Of a DNA stretch of 64,000 nucleotides, positions 9,294-19,116 are shown piece after piece. Position 1 is the first letter of the stretch, and each line of letters starts with the position of its first letter. The DNA comes from a virus (Duplodnaviria > Caudoviricetes), in the IMG/VR virus record IMGVR_UViG_3300028800_000096, positions 907 through 64,906 of that record; one strand, 5' to 3'. The translations under genes and the position numbers were made by a program. The notes below the pieces were generated by a model. That model saw nothing but the letters and a program-made list of their open reading frames with translations, ran no database searches and was not told the origin of the DNA.

Positions 9294-11698
9294 CCGATTA
9301 TTTCTCGCTTGCGACGGGTCTCGACAAGATTGGTGCGTCACAAACGTCGGCTTCAGCGTCGGCGTCGCCAGGATTAAAAGGTGGCATCGGTGATCGCTAT
9401 GACGACTTCGGGAATCTCCGAACGTCTGACGCAGCACCCGTTATCCAGCCCGTCGATTATTTCGCTAAGGCCACCGGTCTTGATAAGATCGGCGCGCCCT
9501 CGGAATCTCCGACCATCGATCCCAATGCGACCCCCGATGCGCCGACATGGCTTGGACGCCGGGTTCAGGATATCGAAGGCAAGCAAGACCCCCGTTTCAA
9601 GGATGTCGGAACCGTATTCGACCAGTTCAGGGGTGAACTTCGTGGTCCAACCGCAACGGCTGCAACCTTCGGTGCAGGCGACGAAGCTATGGCCGATATC
9701 GTCCAGAAAAATCTCGGAGACAAATTCATCCGCCGGGAGAAGGACGCCAACGGCTACGATATCTTTGTCACCAAAGGCCCGGACGGCAAAGAGCAGAAGG
9801 GCTACCTGAACAAGCCAGGCCTTGATCTCGAAGACGTCGCACGAGCCGGATATGGATCGTTGCCATATCTAGCCGTTGGCGGGGTTACGGGGAAGGTACT
9901 GCAGGGCGCAGGCATGGGCTTAAGAGCTGCGGGGCAGTTCATAGCCAATGGGGCCACAAGTCTTGCCGGCGACGTCGGCAATATGGTTCAGGGCTCGGAA
10001 CAGGGCATCGACATTCCGAAAGCTGGCGTCGTTGGGACGTTTGGTGCCGCGGCAGAACCTGTCTCAAGCGTCGTCGGATCGATGTTCCGGAGGTTCTGGA
10101 TCATCCCCGGCCTGATCGATAAGTCCTCGGGACAGTTGACGGCCAAGGGCATTGCCGCGGCCAAGGAAGCCGGAGTTGATCCGACGCAGATTAGCCCGGA
10201 CTTTGCCAAGGCTTTTGCCCAATCGATGGCGACGACAGGGGACCCCGCCGCTGCCGCGACACAAGCCGGATTGGACCGATTTGGTATCCCCGCCACGCGA
10301 GGTCAGATCACAAAAGATCCTTACCTGTTGACGCAAGAGGAAGGTATGCGCCGGCGTCTCTATGGCCAAGGCGCGCAAGATACCATGCTCGGCTTTGATA
10401 GAGGCCAGCAGGACGCCATTAAGCGCTCGGCTCTGGGCAGTGACGGGACGAGTGCGTCGCCTCCAATCCCGTCCGCGCCGTCGCAAGGCATTGGCGAGCA
10501 GTTGAACCCCGGTCGACAGCCCGGCGCCAACCCCAATGACATCCAACCGGCGACGCTGGGTAATTCCGTGCAGGATGCCATCCAGGGAGCAAGGCAGAAC
10601 GCTGCTAGGCAGGAATCGCTACTGTGGGATGATAAGGTCAAGGACCTCTCGGCCACGCCAAAAGCCCTGAATAACCTCCGGCCGCATATCAGTTCGGCGC
10701 TTGCCGACGAGACGGCGTTCACACCCACTGGCCAGAAAATGGCCGAGGCGATCGGAGAATTCGCGGAAGGCACCGCACCGACTGTCGAAGCCGGCGGCGT
10801 CCAGTTAAAGCCGATCAAGAGCGTCGATCAGATGCGGCGGCATCTCGGAAAACTTGTCGGCAGCGCCGAAGACGGAAGCGACAAGCATCAGGCCGGAAAA
10901 ATCTATGACGCCTTTAACGATTGGATTGGGGATTCCGCCTCGAAAGCCTTACTTGACGGCGATCCGGCCGCGGCGATGCAGATCGTCAAAGCCAGAGGAT
11001 TTACAAAATCCGTCCGGGAACTATTTCAACCTCGCGCCAAGGATGGAACACTAACCCCATCCGGCAACCGCATCAGCAAGATCCTCGACAATGGCAAGGC
11101 CGACAGCGGCGAGGCTGTGATCGATACGATTCTCGGTTCGGGAGGATCGACGCGGATCACCGGCGGAACGGTCGGTGCGGTCACCAATATCAAAAAAGCA
11201 CTCGATACCTTTGCCGATCCCGCCGCGGGAAAACAAGCGTGGGACGATATCCGCTTGGCTTATTGGAGTCGGTTGGTTCTCGACAAGAGCGGGAAACTCT
11301 ACGGGCCAACGGCCATTCAGAGCAATTTGAACCGCGCTTTCCACGGTCAAAGCTCATTGATGCAGGCGCTTTATTCTCCCCTCGAAATGCGTTCGATGCG
11401 GGAGTTCGAGCTGGCGATTTCCGCCGTCGCCTATAAGCCCCCGAACGCGTCGGGATCAGGGTATACAGCCGCTTCATTCATCAAAGACGGGCTGATGAAG
11501 ATCGTCGACTCCTTCGGACTTGGAGGCCCGGCACGAGCTGCCTTGAAGGGCTTCGGGATTGAGGATGCGTTCGGTGCCGCAGCAGCAAAACAAGCGGTGC
11601 AGAAGATCGTTCGGCCAATCCGTCCCAACCTTGCGCCGATCACGACAAGCACAGGATCAGCACTTTACAACGGTCGGCCTCAGTCTCCGGGCGGGTGA
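9290..11698 (+). CDS. Large DNA ejection/internal virion protein (gp16 position)
   Basis: Probable TTG start overlapping the previous TGA; GIPATRGQIT and PNASGS motifs; about 800 aa. Confidence 0.65.
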   Translation: MTDYFSLATGLDKIGASQTSASASASPGLKGGIGDRYDDFGNLRTSDAAPVIQPVDYFAKATGLDKIGAPSESPTIDPNATPDAPTWLGRRVQDIEGKQDPRFKDVGTVFDQFRGELRGPTATAATFGAGDEAMADIVQKNLGDKFIRREKDANGYDIFVTKGPDGKEQKGYLNKPGLDLEDVARAGYGSLPYLAVGGVTGKVLQGAGMGLRAAGQFIANGATSLAGDVGNMVQGSEQGIDIPKAGVVGTFGAAAEPVSSVVGSMFRRFWIIPGLIDKSSGQLTAKGIAAAKEAGVDPTQISPDFAKAFAQSMATTGDPAAAATQAGLDRFGIPATRGQITKDPYLLTQEEGMRRRLYGQGAQDTMLGFDRGQQDAIKRSALGSDGTSASPPIPSAPSQGIGEQLNPGRQPGANPNDIQPATLGNSVQDAIQGARQNAARQESLLWDDKVKDLSATPKALNNLRPHISSALADETAFTPTGQKMAEAIGEFAEGTAPTVEAGGVQLKPIKSVDQMRRHLGKLVGSAEDGSDKHQAGKIYDAFNDWIGDSASKALLDGDPAAAMQIVKARGFTKSVRELFQPRAKDGTLTPSGNRISKILDNGKADSGEAVIDTILGSGGSTRITGGTVGAVTNIKKALDTFADPAAGKQAWDDIRLAYWSRLVLDKSGKLYGPTAIQSNLNRAFHGQSSLMQALYSPLEMRSMREFELAISAVAYKPPNASGSGYTAASFIKDGLMKIVDSFGLGGPARAALKGFGIEDAFGAAAAKQAVQKIVRPIRPNLAPITTSTGSALYNGRPQSPGG

Positions 11699-11901
11699 TA
11701 GTCCCAATACCGCCAGCAGTAGATCACGAGAACGACGATAACCCCGCAGAGGTAACCCCAGTGGTGGGTCTGGTGAACCCATGACAGCCACCAGCCGAGC
11801 GCGATCAGAATAATCGTCGTGACGACAAAAATTAGAACTTCGCGCCAGAAATATTGATTACACCAGAGGGCTTTCCAGGCGTTGGGATCGATCTTCAACA
11901 T
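11680..11901 (-). CDS. Small two-TM membrane protein, antisense to the late operon
   Basis: Two hydrophobic segments; fills the intergenic space. Confidence 0.5.
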   Translation of the reverse strand: MLKIDPNAWKALWCNQYFWREVLIFVVTTIILIALGWWLSWVHQTHHWGYLCGVIVVLVIYCWRYWDYHPPGD

Positions 11902-11939
11902 TCGATAGAATTAGCACAAAATCGTAAAAGGGAACAGAT

Positions 11940-13004
11940 ATGGCCGGACCATCCCCAGCTATACAACCCAACTATTTAGAGATTGCCCGCAAGGGCGTTC
12001 CGGTCGATGACGAAACCTTCAATGCATTGCAGGCCGCAACACGGCCATCTGTTCCAACCGGGGTTGAGGGTGATACGCGTTCCGAAATTCAAAGATATTC
12101 TGACGCTTATGCCCAGCCTGATCCGAGGGACCGACTCGACCGGTCGCTCCTGAGATACGGAAACAACGTCCTGATTCCTCCGGTCGAGGAACTTCCCGGA
12201 GCGGCGCTTGATGCTCTGAACAGAGCCGGCGAGATAACCTTAGCCTATGGCCCTCCGAACCTTGGTCCAGCAGGCCCAGTGGCGGAAGCAGTCGGCATGG
12301 CGCTTAAAGCTCCGAGAGCCCTGTTTCCAGCAAGCCGAGTGGCAGAGATAGCGGCTTCTCCGGGTGAGACAGCCCTTGCTGCGGAAGGTGATCGGGCGGC
12401 GCGCTCTGTGGCAGCCAGAAACGCTGCTGGAGCGGCCCGGCGCGATGCAGCCTATGCTGAGGCCAACCCCGATCTCGGGCCGACAGTGCCCAAAATTGAC
12501 GCCTACACGCCCATGAAAGAGAGGAACGCCGTCCTCGATTTTCTGCAGAACAATCCGTATGTGCAACCCATAAAAGGACGGCAGGGAATGCCGACCAAGC
12601 AAGAGCAGATCGGTCTTGCCAATCAGTTCTTTGAAAGAGGCGGGAGACTCCCCGAGGCTGGCCCGTGGGGCAGGGACGTGCCGGAAAGCGTCCGTTCCGT
12701 CCTTCGGGGTGAGAATTCCAAAGCGTCGGGATCGAGCGGCGTAAGACAGAACCGTCCTGGCTATCCCGATATGTTGAACGCCATCAAAAAATCAAATGAG
12801 GAAATCCAGGCTCTGACGGACCGGCTTCGGGCAGCCAACGCCGAGGACATTCCGGCGCTCCAGGAACAGTTGCGATTGGTCCGAGGCCGGGCGGATCGGT
12901 ACATGGATCAATGGCTGGCTTTGAAAAACGGGGCTGACGACATTGCCCCGGTCAATCCGCCGGCGAGACTGCCGCCACGGATTTATCGCAGTGGGACGGA
13001 GTAA
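11940..13004 (+). CDS. Hypothetical protein (possibly internal virion)
   Basis: 354-aa ORF with a GGGA RBS. Confidence 0.6.
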   Translation: MAGPSPAIQPNYLEIARKGVPVDDETFNALQAATRPSVPTGVEGDTRSEIQRYSDAYAQPDPRDRLDRSLLRYGNNVLIPPVEELPGAALDALNRAGEITLAYGPPNLGPAGPVAEAVGMALKAPRALFPASRVAEIAASPGETALAAEGDRAARSVAARNAAGAARRDAAYAEANPDLGPTVPKIDAYTPMKERNAVLDFLQNNPYVQPIKGRQGMPTKQEQIGLANQFFERGGRLPEAGPWGRDVPESVRSVLRGENSKASGSSGVRQNRPGYPDMLNAIKKSNEEIQALTDRLRAANAEDIPALQEQLRLVRGRADRYMDQWLALKNGADDIAPVNPPARLPPRIYRSGTE

Positions 13005-13252
13005 ATTCGTTCCGAAATCCGGTCGGCGCATTCCTCGCCCTGACGGTATGCAACCCAGTCATAATTGCGACGAGCAGTCTCTCTGAATTGAGAGGAAATT
13101 TCGCCACGCTTTTCCATCAGGCGATGCTCGGCACCCTTTAGCAGGGACTGGACCATGAATTCATGGTCCGGAAGACGGCTCCAGGCTTCGATCCACGGCT
13201 TAACCGCCCGGTGGATGGCCTTCTTGAGTCGCGTCCTGTCACTACCCGCCAT
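12983..13252 (-). CDS. Hypothetical protein
   Basis: 89-aa ORF convergent with the upstream gene. Confidence 0.4.
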   Translation of the reverse strand: MAGSDRTRLKKAIHRAVKPWIEAWSRLPDHEFMVQSLLKGAEHRLMEKRGEISSQFRETARRNYDWVAYRQGEECADRISERIYSVPLR

Positions 13253-13294
13253 GACCCATAACCTTCAAATCGGCATCGGAAGGATAGAAAATAT

Positions 13295-13555
13295 ATGAAG
13301 CCCATCAATTACTTGGAATTGGCCCAGAGCAAAGCGAGCAATCCTTCCAAGCCGGCACCACCCGATGATCAGGATGAAGACGATAACCCCGAAGACATGC
13401 CGGGTCAAATCGCTCTTTTATCCTCCATCCTGAAACGAATGGCGCATAAGCACGCGGCAGCGGACGCGAAGTCATCAAAGGGGAAAGCTGCCGATACCGG
13501 CCTTCATCCTTCGATACCGATCATGATGGCGTCGAAGACGAGACCAACTCGATAA
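13295..13555 (+). CDS. Hypothetical protein
   Basis: 86-aa ORF with an AAGGA RBS. Confidence 0.55.
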   Translation: MKPINYLELAQSKASNPSKPAPPDDQDEDDNPEDMPGQIALLSSILKRMAHKHAAADAKSSKGKAADTGLHPSIPIMMASKTRPTR

Positions 13556-13580
13556 CCACCTTAACCGTTCATCCACCCAT

Positions 13581-13613
13581 AACGCCCGGACCTTGGTTCC
13601 GGGCGTTTTTATT
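13581..13613 (+). terminator. Intrinsic terminator
   Basis: AACGCCCGGA-ccttggt-TCCGGGCGTT followed by a T-rich tract. Confidence 0.8.
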
Positions 13614-13625
13614 TGAGGAGTCGTT

Positions 13626-14930
13626 ATGGCGGACTCAACGCTCGTCAAGTTCAGCGGCGACTGGATTTTCTATCAAGGTCTCGTCGCGGATGGAGCGACC
13701 CTGGCCGTTCTTAACGCCGGGGGCGCAGATAACGACTACGCGAGTATCTTCACCGATGCGAGCCTGACCGTTTCGAGCGCCAACCCAATCACCGCCGATA
13801 GCGGTGGGTTGATGCCGTTCGCCTACATCGGAACGGACGATTACAAGATCATTCTGAAAACCAAGACCGGCGTCGAGATCAAAACGCAAGACAACATCCC
13901 GGGCGCAAGTTCGACGGCAATCTCAGCCAATGTGGCCATTCCCATCGAAACGGTCAACGAACTTACCGGAGACACGACGCTTGGAACGGCGAATATCGGG
14001 CAGACGCTGAACTGCACGCCAAGTTCAGACTTTACCGTGACGCTTGGCTCGGCCGTAACGATTGGCGACGGGAAGGGCTTTCGGATCGTCCACACCGGAG
14101 CGTCACACTATGTCAAGATCGTTTCATCAAACGGCGAAACGATTGCCCGAAACGACAAGTCGGTTACGGCCTTTTCTCTTGTCAGGTTCGGCCATGCCGT
14201 CAAACTGATTTCGGATGGGGCCAACTGGCTCGTCGTCAGTGAAACGCAGCCCGGTCCCGTGTCAAGCGGCAGGGTTCTGCCGATTGCAGATCGCGTCTCG
14301 GCGGCTCCAAGTTCGCCAAACCCCGGAACGCTCTATATCGTCTCGTCGTCGTTTTCGACGTATGCCACGGGGGATGTCCTTGAGGCGGATGGGCAGGGCG
14401 GATTTACGGCTCACACACCGCCAACCGATTGCGGGTGGCTCGCTTTCGTCCAGGACGAGAATCTGTTTTATAGGTTTATCGATTCCGCCTGGGTTGCGGA
14501 AAACGCCTCAACCTCGCGTGCTGGCACCGTCAAGACCGCAAGTCAATCGGTTCAAGAAACCTCGACGGCAACCGATACGGCGGTAACGCCGGCAACGCAG
14601 CAGTTTCACCCGAGCGCGGCCAAGTGGTGGCTCAAGGCCGCCGTCTCGGGTGGAACGCCATCTGTCTCCGCGTCCTACAACAACACCTCGATCACCGACA
14701 CCGGGCAAGGCGATCTGACGGCCACGATCGCCACGGATTTTTCCAGCGCCAACTGGTCGTGTCTCGCAACGGTCATGGGTCCGGATACCACCCAGGGCCG
14801 CGCGGCGTTTCTGCTTGACGGGACGCAGGCGGCCGGCGCGGTGGAATTCCTCTGTTACACGCTCGGCAGCTCGTCGCCCTCGAAGACCGATCCGACGACG
14901 TGGAATTTCGCGGGGTACGGCGATCAATGA
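13626..14930 (+). CDS. Tail fibre/head-binding protein
   Basis: N-terminal IFTDASLT..NPITADSGG (P22 tailspike head-binding-like); DUF2793-like GWLAFVQDE; C-terminal SYNNTSITDTGQG fibre tip. Confidence 0.75.
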   Translation: MADSTLVKFSGDWIFYQGLVADGATLAVLNAGGADNDYASIFTDASLTVSSANPITADSGGLMPFAYIGTDDYKIILKTKTGVEIKTQDNIPGASSTAISANVAIPIETVNELTGDTTLGTANIGQTLNCTPSSDFTVTLGSAVTIGDGKGFRIVHTGASHYVKIVSSNGETIARNDKSVTAFSLVRFGHAVKLISDGANWLVVSETQPGPVSSGRVLPIADRVSAAPSSPNPGTLYIVSSSFSTYATGDVLEADGQGGFTAHTPPTDCGWLAFVQDENLFYRFIDSAWVAENASTSRAGTVKTASQSVQETSTATDTAVTPATQQFHPSAAKWWLKAAVSGGTPSVSASYNNTSITDTGQGDLTATIATDFSSANWSCLATVMGPDTTQGRAAFLLDGTQAAGAVEFLCYTLGSSSPSKTDPTTWNFAGYGDQ

Positions 14931-15394
14931 CGCGGGAGCGGATTCTTGACACCCGGCCTAACGGTCGGGTTGCGATCACCTGCCCGGCTGAATGCGGCAT
15001 CATCTATTTGATGCGGGGGGCGTCCGATCCATTTCACCCCTGGCATGGACGGGAATGGTGGTTCTGGATCGTCCAGTTCAACCGCATGCTGGCCAGAGGC
15101 GTGAAGCCCGGGGCGGCCTATCGCTATGCCCGCATGATGGTGACGGGCGGCTGCTCACGTCGAGAAGCAATCGAGATCATTGCCGAGCGTGACTGCGGTC
15201 ATTTGGGAACAGCCATCGAGATCGTCGACGTGTCTGAGATTCCGACCGACCGAACCTACAGGGATGCTTGGCGAAGGTCGACAAATGGCGGCGAAATCTG
15301 GCTGGACGAGAGCATCGTCCAGAAGATTGATGAGCGGCTGGCTTGGCAGTCTTATGAGGCTGAAGATGGGGAGCGTTTATATGCGAAAGCCTGA
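14927..15394 (+). CDS. Tail-fibre-associated hypothetical protein
   Basis: ATGA overlap; IPTDRTYRDAW motif seen in genes that follow phage fibres. Confidence 0.6.
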   Translation: MTRERILDTRPNGRVAITCPAECGIIYLMRGASDPFHPWHGREWWFWIVQFNRMLARGVKPGAAYRYARMMVTGGCSRREAIEIIAERDCGHLGTAIEIVDVSEIPTDRTYRDAWRRSTNGGEIWLDESIVQKIDERLAWQSYEAEDGERLYAKA

Positions 15395-15554
15395 GGATAT
15401 GGCGTGGTATGCGGTTCAGGGACCTGATGGCCAGCCAAGAGCCTGCCATTGCGTGAAGTCGACGCCACCTGAGAACGGAAAAGAGATCACGCAGCAAGAG
15501 GCTGCGCTGATTTCGAAAGATGTTCGAGACAGGGAAGAAGCAAAAACGTCCTGA
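15381..15554 (+). CDS. Small hypothetical protein
   Basis: ATG with a GGGAG RBS, overlapping the previous stop. Confidence 0.45.
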   Translation: MRKPEDMAWYAVQGPDGQPRACHCVKSTPPENGKEITQQEAALISKDVRDREEAKTS

Positions 15555-15597
15555 TTTTGGCTATGGCGCGTGCGCGTTTTGCGAAAGAAACCACGCA

Positions 15598-15795
15598 ATG
15601 ATTGAAATTATCGTCGTTGCCTGCTTGGGAGCCCAATGCCGGGATTTCTCCCTGACCTTTGCAGAAGTGTCCTTGATGCAGTGTCAGATCGGGATCGGGG
15701 CGCAGATGCAGATCGCAGATTGGAAAAAGGGCCATCCGAATTGGCGCGTGGAAAAATACCACTGCCAGATCCCGGGGACGTTCGCGAAACTCTAG
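15598..15795 (+). CDS. Small Cys-containing hypothetical protein
   Basis: MIEIIVVACL..C..QC..W..HP.W.V..Y.C pattern typical of small alphaproteobacterial proteins. Confidence 0.6.
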   Translation: MIEIIVVACLGAQCRDFSLTFAEVSLMQCQIGIGAQMQIADWKKGHPNWRVEKYHCQIPGTFAKL

Positions 15796-15804
15796 GAGGC
15801 TTCC

Positions 15805-15996
15805 TTGATCAGATTGATTAGCTTGGCCTTCGCAGCTTTCTTTATGGTCCTGATGGCGTCCATTCTTGGGATGATGGTCACGCTCTTTGATGCCGTCGAG
15901 TGGCAGCCGTTCTTCGTTAAAAGCGCCATTGGGGCTTTTGCGATGCTTATCGTTCTCGGTGCTGTTGAAGCGATCGGCGCGAGAGAAAAGTCTTAA
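15805..15996 (+). CDS. Two-TM membrane protein, holin candidate
   Basis: GGAGG RBS, two TM helices, directly upstream of the endolysin. Confidence 0.5.
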   Translation: MIRLISLAFAAFFMVLMASILGMMVTLFDAVEWQPFFVKSAIGAFAMLIVLGAVEAIGAREKS

Positions 15997-16012
15997 AGCT
16001 AAGGAATATATT

Positions 16013-16957
16013 ATGGACTTGAGCTTCGACGCCCTGGCGCCGAAATACGAGAGCCTATGGGCGAGTTGCGTCATTCTTCCAAGCCGGAAGAGCGCCGCCG
16101 ATCTTTCAGCCTCCCGCATCATCGCCAATAAAGCGCGATATGTCGAAGTCGAAAAGGCGACGACCGTTCCATGGTTTGTTGTCGGCATGATTCACGCCAT
16201 GGAGGGCGGCCTCAACTTCAACACGCATCTGCACAACGGCGATCCGCTCTCTCGCAGGACAACGCACGTCCCCAAGGGGCGTCCGCTGCACGGCAACCCT
16301 CCGTTCACGTGGGAAGAGAGTGCCATTGACGCACTGACGATGGACGGGCTCGATAAGATCAAAGACTGGACGCCGACGCGTCTTTGCTACGAACTCGAAC
16401 GCTACAATGGACTAGGCTACCTTAAGTACCGTCCGAGCGTGAACACGCCATACCTCTGGTCGGGAACGAACCAGTACACGAAAGGCAAGTACGTCGCCGA
16501 TGGAAAATGGGACGGAAACGCAGTCTCAGGCCAATCGGGTGCGATCGCGATTCTCAAATGTTTGATGACGCGGGATACGCAGGTTGCGGAAAGCCTTGAG
16601 CCTAAAGAGCAGGACATTGCACTCGAAGATGTTCAGTCGGACTCGCTCGTACTTCCTCCGTCATCGGCAGACATTCTGAATGCGCACGACCTTGCCTCTC
16701 AAAGTCGAAAGGTCGCTCTGATCGTTCGCTTGCGTAATTGGGCAGCCGGACTCTTTGCGGGCGGATCGAGCCTGTCTCTGGCTGATTTTGAAGACAAAGG
16801 GAGCCAACTGCATCAGATCGCGATGTTCTTCAAGGACAACGCTTTCCTGCTTCTGTTGGCCGGCTGCGTGGTTGGGTTCATTGCAGCGCAGGTCCTCATC
16901 AATTGGACGATGCAAGACCACGCAGCCGGCCGCTATCAGCCATCTAAGGAGGAATGA
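16013..16957 (+). CDS. Endolysin (lysozyme-like) with a C-terminal membrane segment
   Basis: VPWFVVGMIHAME, HLHNGDPL, ERYNGLGY, PYLWSGTN..GKYVADG motifs. Confidence 0.88.
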   Translation: MDLSFDALAPKYESLWASCVILPSRKSAADLSASRIIANKARYVEVEKATTVPWFVVGMIHAMEGGLNFNTHLHNGDPLSRRTTHVPKGRPLHGNPPFTWEESAIDALTMDGLDKIKDWTPTRLCYELERYNGLGYLKYRPSVNTPYLWSGTNQYTKGKYVADGKWDGNAVSGQSGAIAILKCLMTRDTQVAESLEPKEQDIALEDVQSDSLVLPPSSADILNAHDLASQSRKVALIVRLRNWAAGLFAGGSSLSLADFEDKGSQLHQIAMFFKDNAFLLLLAGCVVGFIAAQVLINWTMQDHAAGRYQPSKEE

Positions 16958-17271
16958 TGTTTGGCTTCAATCTTCTTCAAACCGTTGTCGGCGGCATCGC
17001 GGCTGTTTCGGTCAGCTTTATCTCTGGATATGTGTACGGAAATAGTTACGGAAGCAACGCCTACAAGCTTGCATCCGCTCAGGCTCAGCTCAATGCCACG
17101 AACAAGGCTCTCAAAACCCTGCAAGCGGAAGATGCCGTTGCGGCTGCGGAAGAATGGGAACGGGCTGTACGGAGAGACGCGGACTTCGCGAAGACGGCAC
17201 CCTCATTGAACAAATGCATCCTTGATAAAGATCAGGTCGAAGCTCTCAACAAACTGACGGATGGGGGCTGA
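16954..17271 (+). CDS. Inner-membrane spanin (Rz-like)
   Basis: N-terminal TM helix plus coiled coil, after the endolysin. Confidence 0.6.
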   Translation: MMFGFNLLQTVVGGIAAVSVSFISGYVYGNSYGSNAYKLASAQAQLNATNKALKTLQAEDAVAAAEEWERAVRRDADFAKTAPSLNKCILDKDQVEALNKLTDGG

Positions 17272-17548
17272 CGAAATGATACTCAAACTCTCTATTGTGC
17301 GAAAAATGGTACTCATCCCGTGCATTTTGGTACTCAGCGGCGTTTCTGGCTGCGGTTCGGTTCCCTACGACACCGCCTCACTCGTCCCACCCGCCAAACG
17401 CTGCATGACCTCGCCGGCGGCCATTCCAAGGCTCAAGGCCGGGGATGATCTCGTTCAGTCCTATGCGTCTGTAACCCGGTCCTACGGGCGTGAAGCGTCG
17501 AAGACACGCTGTCTTCAAAAGTGGGTTCGCACCGTTCTCAGCAAATAG
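17261..17548 (+). CDS. Outer-membrane lipoprotein spanin (Rz1-like)
   Basis: Lipobox VSGC; Pro-rich; overlaps the Rz-like gene. Confidence 0.65.
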   Translation: MGADEMILKLSIVRKMVLIPCILVLSGVSGCGSVPYDTASLVPPAKRCMTSPAAIPRLKAGDDLVQSYASVTRSYGREASKTRCLQKWVRTVLSK

Positions 17549-17557
17549 GAGACTCGA

Positions 17558-17899
17558 ATGGAAGGTTTTACTTGGGCGTCTGTTGCCGCTGCCCTGCTTT
17601 CTGGGCTGAAAATCGTTTTCGACGGCATCGTGAGCACGCTGAAAGCATCATACGAAGCGTCCCATAAATGGTTTGCCGTTGGTTGCGTGATTTTCCTCGC
17701 GCTCGTCTGGTTCGGCTATGCGCATTTCCCGACGTTCTCCGCAAAAGACGAAGGCGTGTCGAAGCAGCTTACGATGATGTCGGTAAAGCTCGATAGCATG
17801 GCCTCTGAGATCGATGGTCTAAGGATTTCCCTCGATACCCTCAAGGACATGGGACCTTCGAAAATCACGACCGGTTCGATCAAAAAGCGCCAGAAGTGA
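17558..17899 (+). CDS. Membrane protein
   Basis: GGAG RBS; TM segment and coiled coil. Confidence 0.55.
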   Translation: MEGFTWASVAAALLSGLKIVFDGIVSTLKASYEASHKWFAVGCVIFLALVWFGYAHFPTFSAKDEGVSKQLTMMSVKLDSMASEIDGLRISLDTLKDMGPSKITTGSIKKRQK

Positions 17900-17942
17900 G
17901 AGCGGGCCATGACCTTTGCAGAGCTTTCGGGGGAATTAGAAT

Positions 17943-18224
17943 ATGTCCTCTATCGATCTGATCTGGGAAACCCTGCCGGCCAAAGATCAGATCACAATCA
18001 TTCGCCACGAGCAGTTAGACCTCAGCCGCAGAGTTGGCGAGATGGAGAAAAAGTTCAGCAAGATTCGCCCGAGCCTGCTCTTAGAGGTGTTGGGGGTTTT
18101 AAAGGAAATCGGCAGCCTGAAGGAGTGGATCGTCGGGATCATATTGCTCGCCTTGCTGCTCAAGGGGACGATCTCTCCGGAGGACGTGAAGTCTATCTTT
18201 CTCAGTGCGCACGGCGGCGGATAA
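17943..18224 (+). CDS. Small membrane protein
   Basis: 93-aa ORF with a C-terminal hydrophobic helix. Confidence 0.5.
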   Translation: MSSIDLIWETLPAKDQITIIRHEQLDLSRRVGEMEKKFSKIRPSLLLEVLGVLKEIGSLKEWIVGIILLALLLKGTISPEDVKSIFLSAHGGG

Positions 18225-18381
18225 GAGTAGGGATCGCACTCATCGGCGCGGTCTGGTTCGGATTCGCTCTCGGACAAATTGTGATGGCGGATACGTCGGT
18301 GACGGTGCATCTGCCAGAATTTAGGATCGGCGCAATGCGTTGATATGCGCAGAAACCCGGCTTTTGACGACATATGTCACT

Positions 18382-19017
18382 CTATATGTCGCTGTCGTGA
18401 GCATGTCGGGGTCGGCGCTGGCTTTTCCACTTCTTCCACTTTGAGGCTTTGGGCGTGTTTTCCGAAGCGGAGGAATGCAATATCCAGGGGTCTTTCAAGC
18501 CATCTCCAAGCGTTGCGCAGTAGCGAAGATCGAGCACGCTGAACGCGCATCCGGGCACACGTCCCATCGCGACCATCAGCGTGTCCTGATCATGTGAATA
18601 GGCTGGGGCCGAGGCGTTCAGATCGCGCCATGCTTCGACGAAAGCGCGCGCTTTGTCAGTCGGCTGAATGAGCAGTGTCCCTGACCGCACGCCCCACTTA
18701 ACGCCACCAGCTCTCCGAAAGCGCGTGCGGATGTAAAATCCGACATCACATCGCCGGGACTTCAATTCCAATAACTTGCCCGGATTGCGCACCTCGCAAT
18801 CGACGTCGATAAAAAAGATCGTCTTGTCGTGGTGGCGATTCATGGCCTTAAGAACCTGATCGGCTTTGGCTCTCGTCTTCTGTTCCCAGCTTCCCGTAAG
18901 CTGTTCAATTTTCACGACATCATGCGGAAGTCCATGGCTCTTGAGGTTGCTCAAGAGCTTATCCGCCCAAGGCTGATAGTCCGGCGTGTACCAGCCGCAG
19001 ACAACGATGTCCTGCAT
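18382..19017 (-). CDS. GT-A-fold glycosyltransferase-like protein (moron)
   Basis: FFIDVD DxD motif, SGTLLI, HDQDTL, ILHSSAS; G-rich RBS before ATG 19017. Confidence 0.7.
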   Translation of the reverse strand: MQDIVVCGWYTPDYQPWADKLLSNLKSHGLPHDVVKIEQLTGSWEQKTRAKADQVLKAMNRHHDKTIFFIDVDCEVRNPGKLLELKSRRCDVGFYIRTRFRRAGGVKWGVRSGTLLIQPTDKARAFVEAWRDLNASAPAYSHDQDTLMVAMGRVPGCAFSVLDLRYCATLGDGLKDPWILHSSASENTPKASKWKKWKSQRRPRHAHDSDI

Positions 19018-19116
19018 TGAAATCCCCCCCGCTGCGTACTCGCAGACATCGGCGATATGTCCGCAATCTGAACAATCCCTAAGAAACATTTAACGTCAAG
19101 CGGCGATTATTGCCGC

